A stretch of DNA of 64,000 nucleotides from Bdellovibrionota bacterium (GCA_044347745.1 JBIKUD010000002.1:21764-85763), one strand, 5' to 3'. Counted from the first letter of the stretch, positions 49,225 to 58,929 are shown. Numbers and translations: made by a program. Notes: generated by a model from the sequence alone, not told the origin.

Positions 49225-50676
49225 GTGAGAAATCAAAAGCAGCATTGGAATATTTGCCTAGAGTGCCAAGGGCTAGGCAGGAAACAGAAAAAAATTGGAA
49301 AAGGTCAACGACTACGCTACAAGATTGCTTTAGATAAGTTTGAAAAAAATAACGGCGAGGGAATTGCTCCTATTCCCCCGAAAGGCGCGCCCTATGCCTG
49401 CTTGAATTGTTCTGGTTCCGGTTTAATTCTTGCAAGTAAAAATCAAAAAGCTGATAAAGAAAATTTTCCATGCATTGCAATTATTGGTGCAGGCATTGGA
49501 GGTGTTGCACTTGCAGTTGCATGTTTGCATCGCGGAATCCCATTTACGATCTATGAACGCGATAACGCTTTTAATGATCGTGCTCAAGGCTACGGGCTCA
49601 CCTTGCAACAAGCTAGTAATGCGATTAAAGGCTTAGGTCTTTCCTCTCTAGAAAATGGCGTTAATTCGACACGACATGTGGTGCACACTACTGATGGAAA
49701 AGTAATTGGGGAATGGGGCTGTAGAAAGTGGCTAAATTCCGATAAGAAATATTCTCCCAAGCGAATCAATATACATATTGCTCGACAGTCGTTGCGTTTA
49801 GCTTTACTTGAGCAACTTGGAGATCAAGGCGTTGTGCAGTGGGGACATCGCTTAGTAGATTTCAAGGAAAATGCAGATCGAAGTATGGAACTGAGTTTTC
49901 AAGTGAATGGCAACATGCTGAGTGCTAACGCAGATCTGATAGTTGGAGCAGATGGAATTCGAAGCACTGTGCGCAAGTTGTTGATTGGTGATGCAATAAC
50001 TCCATTACGCTATCTAGATTGTATTGTAATCTTAGGGATATGTCCTTTAAAAAACCTCGAAGGTTTTAAACATTCTTTGCTCGACTCTGCGACGGTATTT
50101 CAAACCGCTAATGGCAAGGAGCGAATTTATATTATGCCGTATGCTTCTGACTCTGTAATGTGGCAACTTAGTTTCCCTATGTCAGAAATGGAAGCGAAGG
50201 AGTTAAGTGCCAAAGGAGCAGATATATTGAAGGAAGAAGCAAGTCGCAGAACGCAGTGGCACGATCCTATTCCTCAGATTATAGCAGCAACACAAACAGC
50301 TCAAATTTCTGGCTATCCAGTTTACGATCGAGCGTTGCTGGATCTGGAGTTATTAGGAAAAGGAGATCGCATAACCTTAATTGGGGATGCAGCTCATCCA
50401 ATGAGCCCATTTAAAGGGCAAGGCGCAAATCAAGCGCTGCTCGATGCCTTAGCGTTGGCTCGTGCAATCTCACGAGGATGCGGGCCATTTTCAAAATGGC
50501 GAGAAGTAGGATTGAGAAAAAGTGTGTTGACTGAGTTTGAATCAGAAATGTTAGAGCGCACTTCCTCTAAAGTAAAGGATTCTGCAGAAGCGGCTGCATT
50601 TCTGCATTCTGAAATTGTACTTCATGAAGCTAATGAGCCTCGAGGATCCTGTAGAAAGAGAAAGACGATTTTTTAG
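49225..50676 (+). CDS. FAD-dependent monooxygenase with N-terminal CxxCxGxG zinc finger
   Basis: CLECQGLG, CLNCSGSG; GAGIGG, GADGIRS, GDAAHPMSPFKGQGANQA. Confidence 0.9.
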   Translation: MRNQKQHWNICLECQGLGRKQKKIGKGQRLRYKIALDKFEKNNGEGIAPIPPKGAPYACLNCSGSGLILASKNQKADKENFPCIAIIGAGIGGVALAVACLHRGIPFTIYERDNAFNDRAQGYGLTLQQASNAIKGLGLSSLENGVNSTRHVVHTTDGKVIGEWGCRKWLNSDKKYSPKRINIHIARQSLRLALLEQLGDQGVVQWGHRLVDFKENADRSMELSFQVNGNMLSANADLIVGADGIRSTVRKLLIGDAITPLRYLDCIVILGICPLKNLEGFKHSLLDSATVFQTANGKERIYIMPYASDSVMWQLSFPMSEMEAKELSAKGADILKEEASRRTQWHDPIPQIIAATQTAQISGYPVYDRALLDLELLGKGDRITLIGDAAHPMSPFKGQGANQALLDALALARAISRGCGPFSKWREVGLRKSVLTEFESEMLERTSSKVKDSAEAAAFLHSEIVLHEANEPRGSCRKRKTIF

Positions 50677-51148
50677 CGGTGGAGCATCAAGACAGAGTGT
50701 CTACAATCACACGCACTCGTACACCGCTATTTTGAAGGTAAGAATTTGCAAGGCTGAAATATTTTATTTGCTCAACAACTTTTCCAATCAGGGGTGAAGC
50801 GCGATCAGCGCGAGAGAGGACGCAGTCCCCTGCCCCAGAGCGTCGAGCGGGAAATAAATGGGGTGGGGTATTTTGGATAAGCTAAACTGTTAAGATCAAA
50901 CAGTTTCCTGATCGACCAACTGCCAAACGGCAGCCAATTTTTGTAGGTTTTCTGAAATATCCTGAAAGGCTGTGAATGCGAAGTTGCGGCTTGCCCGTTG
51001 TGGTCAAAATATCTTCCATATGACAACAAGCACTTCGTTCGTTGTCATATGGTAAGCTGCACATCATTATGACTGGCTAATGTTACAAAATGGCAGGTTA
51101 ATCAGGCACATCGTAACATATTGATATCACACATTATCTATCTTTATT

Positions 51149-51209
51149 TGCAAGAAATATCATAAATATATCTTACACAATGTAAGAAACAATGCAATAA
51201 TTTCTTACA
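51149..51209. promoter_or_regulatory. Tandem inverted-repeat operator of the AbiE-type operon
   Basis: TGCAAGAAA-N11-TATCTTACA, 3 bp, TGTAAGAAA-N11-TTTCTTACA ending at the ATG. Confidence 0.7.
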
Positions 51210-51823
51210 TGGAATCTATCCAAGACAAAATCGAAAAATTCATTCTCAAGAATAAGAAAACGCAAATCTTTATACCGACTGACTTTCTCAATTTTGGAAG
51301 CCGCAGTGCGATAGATATAGCCCTCAAAAGATTAACTGAGAATGGAACGATAAAAAGATACGCTCAAGGACTCTACGGGCGTCCGCGGTACAGCGAGACA
51401 TTAAAAACCGAAATCATTCCTAGCGCTGATGAAATTGTTGCCGCAATTGCCAAGCGCGAGAACCGAATTGTGCAACCAAGCGGAGCTACGGCCGCCAACA
51501 TGCTTGGACTATCACTCCAAGTTCCTGCGCGAATGACTTACTTAACAAATGGTACTCCCAAAAAGATAAAGGTGCAAAACCTGATTATCGAGCTAAAGCA
51601 CGCTTCTACAAGATCACTGGTTGGAGCGGGATCAGTTGCAGGCCTTGTAATTCAAGCGCTCAAGTATCTTGGCAAAGAAGGCATTGATGAAAAGACGATT
51701 GCTAAACTGCAGGATATTCTTAAATCGAGTGACAAACGAATGCTTAAGAAGAATATCAATTATATTCCGGCCTGGATGAGACCTGCAATCCAATCGATCA
51801 CCATCGAGAAGGAGGCCAAATAG
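51209..51823 (+). CDS. AbiEi-like antitoxin (DUF6088 type)
   Basis: DFLNFGSRSAIDIALKRL, GLYGRP, AANMLGLSLQVP, YLTNG, IQALKYLG, PAWM. Confidence 0.85.
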   Translation: MESIQDKIEKFILKNKKTQIFIPTDFLNFGSRSAIDIALKRLTENGTIKRYAQGLYGRPRYSETLKTEIIPSADEIVAAIAKRENRIVQPSGATAANMLGLSLQVPARMTYLTNGTPKKIKVQNLIIELKHASTRSLVGAGSVAGLVIQALKYLGKEGIDEKTIAKLQDILKSSDKRMLKKNINYIPAWMRPAIQSITIEKEAK

Positions 51824-52860
51824 TGGACAAAGTCGCCCACCTCTCTACCGCAGAGCGCCTTCAGCTTTTCGAGCAAGTTGCAGCTCGTCGAAATATCGCG
51901 TTCGACATCGTGGAGAAGGATTTTTGAGTTTGCTGGATTCTTGATGTCTTATTTGGATTACCGGACTTTAAAAACACTTTTATCTTTAAAGGCGGCACAT
52001 CTCTTTCAAAATGTTTCAACATAATTGAACGCTTTTCAGAGTACATCGACATCTCGATTACTCGGAAGACTTTGGGGTTTGCGGGTGATAAAGACCCAGA
52101 ACGTCAAGATTCTAAAACAAAGACGGCGCAAGCGGTAAAGGATCTGCGCGACGCCTGCCAGGAATTTGTAAAGCGAAAAGTCTATCCAAAGTTTGATGAA
52201 GCCGTTAAAAAACGAACAAGCACGGAGTGGCCACCAATCTGGGGACATAGGGTGGTTAGCATAACTGAAGATGGCTCAATTGAAGAAGGTGTCATCACAT
52301 TTATGTATCCGCGAACAAAAAACTCTGTATCCAGTTATATCCCCCAAGCAGTGAGGATTGAATTCGGGGCGAGTTCGGATCCATACCCGATTAGCCAGCA
52401 CGGGGTGGCATCTTATGCCGAAGATGAATTTCCACATCTGTTTCAGGAAACGAAAAACGAAATTACAGTGCTAAATCCGGAAAGAACATTTTGGGAAAAG
52501 GCGACTCTCGTTCACGCCGAATATCATCGGCCAGAAGATTCTAAGACGCCTTCTCGGCATTCGCGTCACTACTACGACTTGTTTAGACTCGGTCAGACAG
52601 TTCATGCAAAGCGCGCCTTGAAAGACCGAGCTTTACTTGAGAGAGTTGTAGCTCATAAGAGTGTGTATTTTCGATCTGGCTGGGCCAATTATGACGCGGC
52701 AACGGCAGGCAGCCTCAGACTAACGCCTCATCCAAGTCGTTCTGCTGATTTTGAAAGGGATTTTGAGAAAATGAAATTAATGATTTTTGGCAACATTCCT
52801 ACTTGGGCCGAGGTCGTCAATTTTCTCAAAACCTTGGAAGGCGAAATCAACAAAGGCTGA
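51823..52860 (+). pseudogene. AbiEii nucleotidyltransferase toxin, inactivated
   Basis: GTG overlaps the antitoxin stop after GGAGG; EKDF-TGA-VCW at 51925-51927; FKGGTSLSK; RFSEYID instead of RFSEDID; RTFWEK; SRHYYDL. Confidence 0.9.
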
Positions 52861-53390
52861 GTTCGATGCTTTCTCTTGTTTAGAATTGTGCAGACCAACC
52901 TGCACAATGTAGATGTGGATCTAAGAAAATTCGTAGTGGGGTGGAAGTATCTGGACCCCTCAAAACCCGCTTAAAATGCGGGTTTCATGAATTCGTGCAT
53001 CCCACCGTCGCTAAAGCTATGGCGGACAAGCCTTTTTGCACCCAATTATGGGGTAATTTTGAAATTTCTTGAAAGGTAAATCAAAAGATGCGGACTCTCG
53101 ATCTAAACCAGCACCACATTGTCGGATCCGCAATGAACTGATACAAGATACTTACGGAAATAGCGCCAGACCTAGCAATAGGTGACGAGGGGCGGGGAAA
53201 ATCGAAAATTCGGCGGATTCCCCGATGGTAACTCAGCCATCGAGACAGACTCAAAACTTCTTGGTAACGGGAAGGACAAATGTCTGTCAGAGTATTAAAT
53301 CCTTAGACCATAAATTTCCAAACATAACTGCACTCGTTAATCGGAGCCTTTGGCTTTTCCGGCATTCGTGTGCTTTTTTTGAGAGGAATT

Positions 53391-54035
53391 ATGCATTTCG
53401 AAGGATTGATTTTTGATCTTGATGGGACGCTTTGGGATTGTAGTAAAGCAAGTGCGCATGCGTTCAATCTCGCCTATGAGAAATTCGGAATTGATCGGCG
53501 GGTATCCGCGGATTTTGTTAAATCAATTTCGGGAAAACCGTCCAGTGAGTGCGATGAGATTTTGCTGTCGGGAATTCCAGATTCAATTCGAAAGGATGTG
53601 TCCCAATGTTTTGACGAATTGGAAATTGCGGCGGTTCAAGAATATGCGCCGAATTCTCTCTATCCCGAAGTAATTCTGGGACTTGAGACGCTGAAGCTCG
53701 ATTACAAATTACTCGTGGTGAGCAACTGTGGCGAACGATACCTAGAAGTTTTCCTTCGCCATACTTCGATAGGAACTCTTTTTACCGACAGTGAGTGTTT
53801 TGGACGCACTCGAAAACTGAAGCACGAAAATATTCGGGCAATTATAGAACGCCAGAAATTACTATCACCTTGTTATGTCGGCGACACAGCGGGTGATGAG
53901 GAGGCCGCGGCGAAAGCGGGTGTGCCGTTTTTTCATGCGAGTTATGGATTTGGGGTGCCGGTTGGTAGGCCGGTGGGCTTTGCAAGTTTTGGGGAGCTTA
54001 CACGCTACTTCTGTCAACTGGCTGGCGAGACGTAG
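53391..54035 (+). CDS. HAD-superfamily phosphatase
   Basis: FDLDGTLWD, VSNC, YVGDTAGD, YGFG; GAGAGG SD. Confidence 0.9.
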   Translation: MHFEGLIFDLDGTLWDCSKASAHAFNLAYEKFGIDRRVSADFVKSISGKPSSECDEILLSGIPDSIRKDVSQCFDELEIAAVQEYAPNSLYPEVILGLETLKLDYKLLVVSNCGERYLEVFLRHTSIGTLFTDSECFGRTRKLKHENIRAIIERQKLLSPCYVGDTAGDEEAAAKAGVPFFHASYGFGVPVGRPVGFASFGELTRYFCQLAGET

Positions 54036-54120
54036 TCTCGCCGAAGGCGTCTGTCGGCTAGCTTGCAGATTCTAAACTTAAAAGGAAACTTTTAGCTAAA
54101 AAGCGCGATTAGTATTGTGT

Positions 54121-54384
54121 ATGCAATACGTGTATCTGCTAAACAGCATAAAATTTCCGAAAGAATTCTACATTGGGGTTACAACTTCAATAAAAGAGAG
54201 ATTGAAGCAGCATAACGAGGGTATTTCGACTCACACTGCCAAATTTCGCCCGTGGAAACTGGTTGTATTTATTGGCTTTGTTGATGACGAGGACGCAGAG
54301 CGATTTGAGAAGTATTTGAAGTCGGGATCAGGGAGGGAATTTGCGAGGAGGCACTTTCGCCCTCCTACGCCCCGCCTTCGCTAA
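54121..54384 (+). CDS. Small stand-alone GIY-YIG nuclease (UPF0213/COG2827-like)
   Basis: YVYLL...FYIGVT...RLKQHNEG...RPWKLV...FEKYLKSGSGREF. Confidence 0.92.
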   Translation: MQYVYLLNSIKFPKEFYIGVTTSIKERLKQHNEGISTHTAKFRPWKLVVFIGFVDDEDAERFEKYLKSGSGREFARRHFRPPTPRLR

Positions 54385-54633
54385 AGCTCCCGCGGGGACT
54401 ACGGCGGGCATCCACCTACGATCTCGCTCCGCTCGATGTCCCGGCGGACTAGTCCGCCGGAGCCGGCGCAAGCTTTCGCAAGCACTAAAAAATGAATTCA
54501 GAGAAGAGGAAGTACGCCCACCTACGCTTTCGGCTTCGCTCGCGAAGCCGAAAGACTCCGGCGGGCACCAGCCTTCGCTCGCCTTGGAACGGACTTGCCA
54601 GCCGTAGTCTCGCCGCAGGCGAGCGAAGGCTGG
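54371..54633. repeat. Cluster of GC-rich REP-like palindromes between GIY-YIG and tRNA-His
   Basis: CCCRCCTWCG-(variable hairpin)-CTMCGGCGGGCA units; CACCAGCCTTCGCTCGCC/GGCGAGCGAAGGCTGGTG inverted repeat. Confidence 0.75.
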
Positions 54634-54710
54634 TGGGGTGGCTGATGGGGCTCGAACCCACGACAACCGGAATCACAATCCGGGGCTCTACCAGCTGAGC
54701 TACAGCCACC
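54634..54710 (-). tRNA. tRNA-His (GTG) with encoded G-1 and CCA
   Basis: GGTGGCTGTAGCTCAGCTGGTAGAGC CCGGA TTGTGAT TCCGG ... GTGGGTTCGAGCCCCAT CAGCCACC CCA; 8-bp acceptor stem. Confidence 0.97.
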
Positions 54711-54871
54711 AAACTAACAACTAACTACTGAACTTGCTTGTGCCACTGCGTCCATCCCGCCGTAGTCCCCGCCGTAGCCGGCCGTTAGGCCGCGTAGGTG
54801 GGGCGAAGGATGACGGGCTACAGCCACCAAATTCACAAGGCCCCGATTATTAAGCAAAAGTGGGTTGAATA

Positions 54872-55951
54872 TCAAGTCGGCCAGCTGTTTATGCTTGCTC
54901 TATTCCCCGGCAGTCTGCGAATCAGGGCCAAAAGCTCTAATTCACTTAAGGCGCTGAGTAATTGAGTGGGGCTTAGAGTTAGGCTGCGGCCAAGCTGGTC
55001 TAGGTCTTGGGGCCCTTGGCTGCATAGTACGGCGTGAATTTTCGCTGCTTCGGCTGACACTTCCTCCGTCGTGCCTATGTCCTGGCTTACGGGGGGCAAT
55101 AATGGGCTAAGATGCGGCACTACTTCTTCGGGCCTAGTTACCAAAAAGGCTCCTTGCTGGATAAGTCGGTGCGAGCCGACATACCGCTGGTCTCGGCTGC
55201 TGCCGGGTAACACCAAAACATCCTTCCCCTGCTCTGCTGCAAAACGGGCTGTGGCAAGGGCTCCCGATTTTTCGCCGGCTTGAATCACGAGCACGGCTTC
55301 AGAGAGGGCTGCTATGACCCGGTTGCGATTTACAAAATGTCCTGGGAGCGGATTCTCTTCTAAGGCGAATTGGCTAATTATCAGGCCGCCGGCGGCTAAA
55401 ATTTTTCCTGCTAGTCCTCGATGCGCACGCGGATACACATCGGTGCCTAACCCCTGCCCTAAAACTGCGATGCTGGGAATGTCGCTTGGGCATTGCAGCG
55501 ATTCTGCGTGGGCGTGTCCGTCTACTCCATAGGCAAGGCCACTTACGATGCAGGCTCCACGCGAACTGAGATATGCCGAAAACTCTCGCGCCAAGGCGCA
55601 GCCTTCTTCGTCTGCGTTGCGCGATCCGACTATGCCTACGCTGGGGCCAAGATTGAGCAACGCTTGGCTGTTCCCTCTGACGCTGATCACAAATGGCGCA
55701 TCGGCAATGTGTCTTAAGCCTTGCGGATACCGTGGGTCGCTTAGGGGGATAAGTTCTACGCCGCGTTTTTCGGCCAAAAGCTGTTCTTTTTGGCTTTGAC
55801 TGGGGTTAAGAAAGCCCATTTTTTCTGCGTACTGATGCAGTGCTCCGGGCCGGGGCCTTATGCCGAGAGCTTCAAAAGCAGCCAGGCGTTCGGCGCGGGG
55901 TCTCTCCCTTAGGTTTAGAGCCGCTGCGGTATCTATTTGAAAATAATCCAT
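54872..55951 (-). CDS. dprA: DNA processing protein DprA
   Basis: YPQGL, VGIVGSR, IVSGLAYGVDGHAH, FVNRNRVIAALS, KSGALATA, C-terminal wHTH; AAGGAG SD before ATG 55951. Confidence 0.93.
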   Translation of the reverse strand: MDYFQIDTAAALNLRERPRAERLAAFEALGIRPRPGALHQYAEKMGFLNPSQSQKEQLLAEKRGVELIPLSDPRYPQGLRHIADAPFVISVRGNSQALLNLGPSVGIVGSRNADEEGCALAREFSAYLSSRGACIVSGLAYGVDGHAHAESLQCPSDIPSIAVLGQGLGTDVYPRAHRGLAGKILAAGGLIISQFALEENPLPGHFVNRNRVIAALSEAVLVIQAGEKSGALATARFAAEQGKDVLVLPGSSRDQRYVGSHRLIQQGAFLVTRPEEVVPHLSPLLPPVSQDIGTTEEVSAEAAKIHAVLCSQGPQDLDQLGRSLTLSPTQLLSALSELELLALIRRLPGNRASINSWPT

Positions 55952-56062
55952 TTTTTCATTCTCCTTGAAGCGTATGGTCTTACTTTCTATTCGCAAGAAT
56001 CGGGGCAAAGTTGCGTGCGGGATCTGCCGATATTTCGTAGATGAAGGGGAGTATTTAAAGTC

Positions 56063-58039
56063 ATGGAAGATTCGACCCCAAAGTCGAACCATTTTGAGCT
56101 GGTTTTCGAGGGTCCGGTTGATGACTCTTTAGAAACCATGCGCAAACTGCGCGCCAGTCTGCTTGCAGACTTAGGGCTTAGTGTATCTGAGGCCCAAGAG
56201 GTGCTGTCCTCCACTCCCGCCACGGTAAAAACTGCTGAGGTCGAAGACGACTTGCAGCCTCTGTTTGCGGCTCTCAAAAAAGCCGGTGGCAAAGTCTTAA
56301 TTGTGCGGCCAGCCAGCGCTGCAGACAGCGACGACGAAACAGATCCATTTGATCCCAAGGTAGAAGAACCTGAGGGATATTTTCTCGATATAGAATCTTC
56401 TAATTTAAGCGATGAACTCTTAATGAGTTTGCATGGGCTTGATACCAACGAATCTGAGCCTCAAGAATCTGAGCCAGACAACGAAAAGGCCTATGCCTTA
56501 GACCTAGAAGATGCGGCCGATGTAGAGTTGCCTTCGCTGCTCGAAAAAGCGGCGCCGGCGCTGCGTGCTGGTGGTTTAGCTGATAAACCTCAAGCCTTGC
56601 CAGAAGCTGACCAGAAAGAAGTACATTCAAATGTGCCTCCCCCGTCTGAAACTACGCCAGCCTTAACACCTCAAGTTGCTTCCGAAGCAGATTATGGCCT
56701 CGACCTTACGTTGGAGGAAACTGCGCCTGCTGTGGCAGCGGCAATCTCGCCTCAAGCCCCAAGTCAAAAGCCTTCGCTAAGCGCCATTCGAGCAGAACTA
56801 TTTAAATTAGACGACGAACCTACAGAGTCAGAAAAAGCACCAGCGTCTCATGCGGTAGTGTCCACTGAATCGGCGCCAATTCAGCCTCTCACTTTCGAAT
56901 TTGCATCCAGCGCTGAAGCCACGCCAAATACTTCAAAAGCTACTGCTCCGTCTGCCCTGTCTGCTCCCCCTGCTCCCTCTGCTCCGTTTGCTCCTCTGCC
57001 CCCAAAGCCGGGCGCGGCAACGTTAGATTTTGGTCTTGAACTGGCACCTGAAGAAGCTGTGCTTCCAAAAGCAGCAGAGCCCGTCAAAAAAACTACTCAG
57101 GCAGAAGATTTCTCAAGTGATGCACTTTCGGCTGCATTAGCGCTTCAAACCGAGTCGCCCGCTGCGAGCAAAACTGCACCTAAACCAGCACCTGCCCCTG
57201 CGGCAAAACCAAAGTCGCCAGAGCCAAAAACTTCGGCGCTACAGGTAGAAGTTTCGGCGATTGCCACCGAAGCCCCGCAGCCTGTTCCTGTTGTATCAGG
57301 CAAGTCTGAAGTTGCACATCAGCCTGCTCCTCAGCATGCACATCAGCCAACCCAAGCTGTGGCAGAAAACACTGAGGTAGCTGCAGTTCCGCGTGTGCGC
57401 ACAAAAAGTACTAAGCAAAATGTGCTTGCAGAATTAATGTTGCCTATCGCCATAGGAGCCTTGGTGCTTGGTGTTGCAAACTGGATTTATTTTGCGGGCG
57501 ACGGCGGCATTGCCTCCATTTCGTTTGAAATTCCTGATGAGAAACCCGCTGAACTCAGCGTCGATGCGCTTAGAGGTCAAAGAACAGCCGCAAAAGAGCC
57601 TGTTTCAGCTGGGCAATATTCTTCTGATCAATTTTCACTAAACTGGACTGTGCATTTTGATGGGAAGCTGCCGCTGGCGTTATCGTTAGAAGTGCAAACA
57701 CCGCCCGTAGCAGAACTAACCCCTGAAGAAATTGTGCGAAAAGTAAGTCCAAGACTTTGGGTCAAAAAGATTGAAATTGTGCGGGTGCCGCTTACGAAAC
57801 TTGCTGATGGAAGATATGGGGTAAACACCCAGGGGCGTGTGTTCATTGAAAAAGGAAATATTAAAAAGCGTGTGCCCGCCGAAATTATAGCGAGAGTCAG
57901 AAATCCCGAGCCCGGTAAATCTGCTGAATTAGAGCTCTTATTGCAGCGTGGGTTTGGCGCTAGTGCTTTGCCAAGATTTTCACTTGAAGAAATTGCGCAG
58001 GGTGATGTGCGCATCGCCGTTGCAGGCACATTCGAATAG
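56063..58039 (+). CDS. Hypothetical bitopic membrane protein with long acidic/Pro-Ala linker
   Basis: Small N-terminal alpha/beta domain, long low-complexity linker, single TM (LMLPIAIGALVLGVANWIYF), C-terminal beta-rich domain. Confidence 0.75.
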   Translation: MEDSTPKSNHFELVFEGPVDDSLETMRKLRASLLADLGLSVSEAQEVLSSTPATVKTAEVEDDLQPLFAALKKAGGKVLIVRPASAADSDDETDPFDPKVEEPEGYFLDIESSNLSDELLMSLHGLDTNESEPQESEPDNEKAYALDLEDAADVELPSLLEKAAPALRAGGLADKPQALPEADQKEVHSNVPPPSETTPALTPQVASEADYGLDLTLEETAPAVAAAISPQAPSQKPSLSAIRAELFKLDDEPTESEKAPASHAVVSTESAPIQPLTFEFASSAEATPNTSKATAPSALSAPPAPSAPFAPLPPKPGAATLDFGLELAPEEAVLPKAAEPVKKTTQAEDFSSDALSAALALQTESPAASKTAPKPAPAPAAKPKSPEPKTSALQVEVSAIATEAPQPVPVVSGKSEVAHQPAPQHAHQPTQAVAENTEVAAVPRVRTKSTKQNVLAELMLPIAIGALVLGVANWIYFAGDGGIASISFEIPDEKPAELSVDALRGQRTAAKEPVSAGQYSSDQFSLNWTVHFDGKLPLALSLEVQTPPVAELTPEEIVRKVSPRLWVKKIEIVRVPLTKLADGRYGVNTQGRVFIEKGNIKKRVPAEIIARVRNPEPGKSAELELLLQRGFGASALPRFSLEEIAQGDVRIAVAGTFE

Positions 58040-58077
58040 CAGCCAGTTTGCGAATGAAGACGCTACGAAGAGAGGCT

Positions 58078-58551
58078 CTAGGCAACTTTTCGTTTTTGTT
58101 TGCCTGATGCCTTTTTACTTGCAGGCTTTGAAGATGCTCTTGATTTTGGAGCGGGAGCTGGTTTTGCCTTTTTAGGGGCTTCAGTTTTTTTGCCTGGTTT
58201 GGCCGATTTTGCGGCAGCTTTTGCTGCGGTCTTTTTGGAAGCCCGTTGGCTCTCCTCATCTTCAATGGGCAAAATGGCTTCATCTTCAATTTCAGGGGCA
58301 GCACGCTCGTAGTCGGTTTCTGCCTCAGGGCTTTCTTCGCCTTCTTCTTTGGCTTTGGCTTCGCCAAGGAGCTGGTTAAACGAAGCACGCTCTTGTTCTT
58401 GGCGCTCAAGAATGAGGTGAAGTTCTTCTTTTCGGGTAGACCAGGTGGCGCCATCTAGGCTGTACATGGTGACTGTTTTGCCAGCAAATTTGACGCTTTT
58501 GCTTAGGTATTTCGCTTTCTTTTTATTGTCCGTCATTTGCGATCCTAACAT
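58078..58551 (-). CDS. Hypothetical protein with acidic middle and Lys/Ala-rich histone H1-like tail
   Basis: MYSLDGATWSTRK domain; KKTAAKAAAKSAKPGKK tail; start at 58551 or 58536. Confidence 0.75.
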   Translation of the reverse strand: MLGSQMTDNKKKAKYLSKSVKFAGKTVTMYSLDGATWSTRKEELHLILERQEQERASFNQLLGEAKAKEEGEESPEAETDYERAAPEIEDEAILPIEDEESQRASKKTAAKAAAKSAKPGKKTEAPKKAKPAPAPKSRASSKPASKKASGKQKRKVA

Positions 58552-58929
58552 GTGTCTTTAGGGCTTTTGGCCCATCCTCTAAATACAAATCGGTTTGGCC
58601 AAGGCTCCCGTATGGGCGCCTTTCTGGCCTTATCTGGCGTATGCGCGCTTTAAAGCGGGCCCTAAAGCCCAGCTGCGCGGCATAAAATACACGCCTACGT
58701 TCATATGATGTGCTGTTGGCCTATGCGGTTCCCCAAAAATACTGGCTTTGCCCCTCTTTCCTGAGATGTAAGGAGGATTTAGAGTAGGAGGTGGTTGAGG
58801 CGGTTCGCTTGCTCTTTAGAACCTAACCCACTGGACTTACTAGATTTCGCTCTGTGGTGCAGGCTTCCCTCGCCTACCGGTTGTTTGGGCTCTCCAGGCA
58901 TCCATATTGACTGAATTTAGGAGTTTCCC

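Noticed and set aside
50805-51067. Short ORFs and the ATATGACAAC/GTTGTCATAT inverted repeat as an attC cassette or toxin remnant
   Set aside because: No RYYYAAC/GTTRRRY core structure, no integrase, and the protein similarity is too weak
51925-51927. In-frame TGA as evidence of recoding (Trp or Sec)
   Set aside because: TGA terminates many other genes in the window, and a second catalytic lesion points to a pseudogene
52934-52956. TGGGGTGG as a possible att copy of the tRNA-His 3' end
   Set aside because: Only 8 bp match and there is no integrase
54371-54633. Possible CRISPR array
   Set aside because: No regularly spaced identical repeats with unique spacers, and no cas genes
54328-54712. 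Several overlapping ORFs over the repeats and tRNA
   Set aside because: GC-rich palindromes lack stop codons; the ORFs overlap tRNA-His
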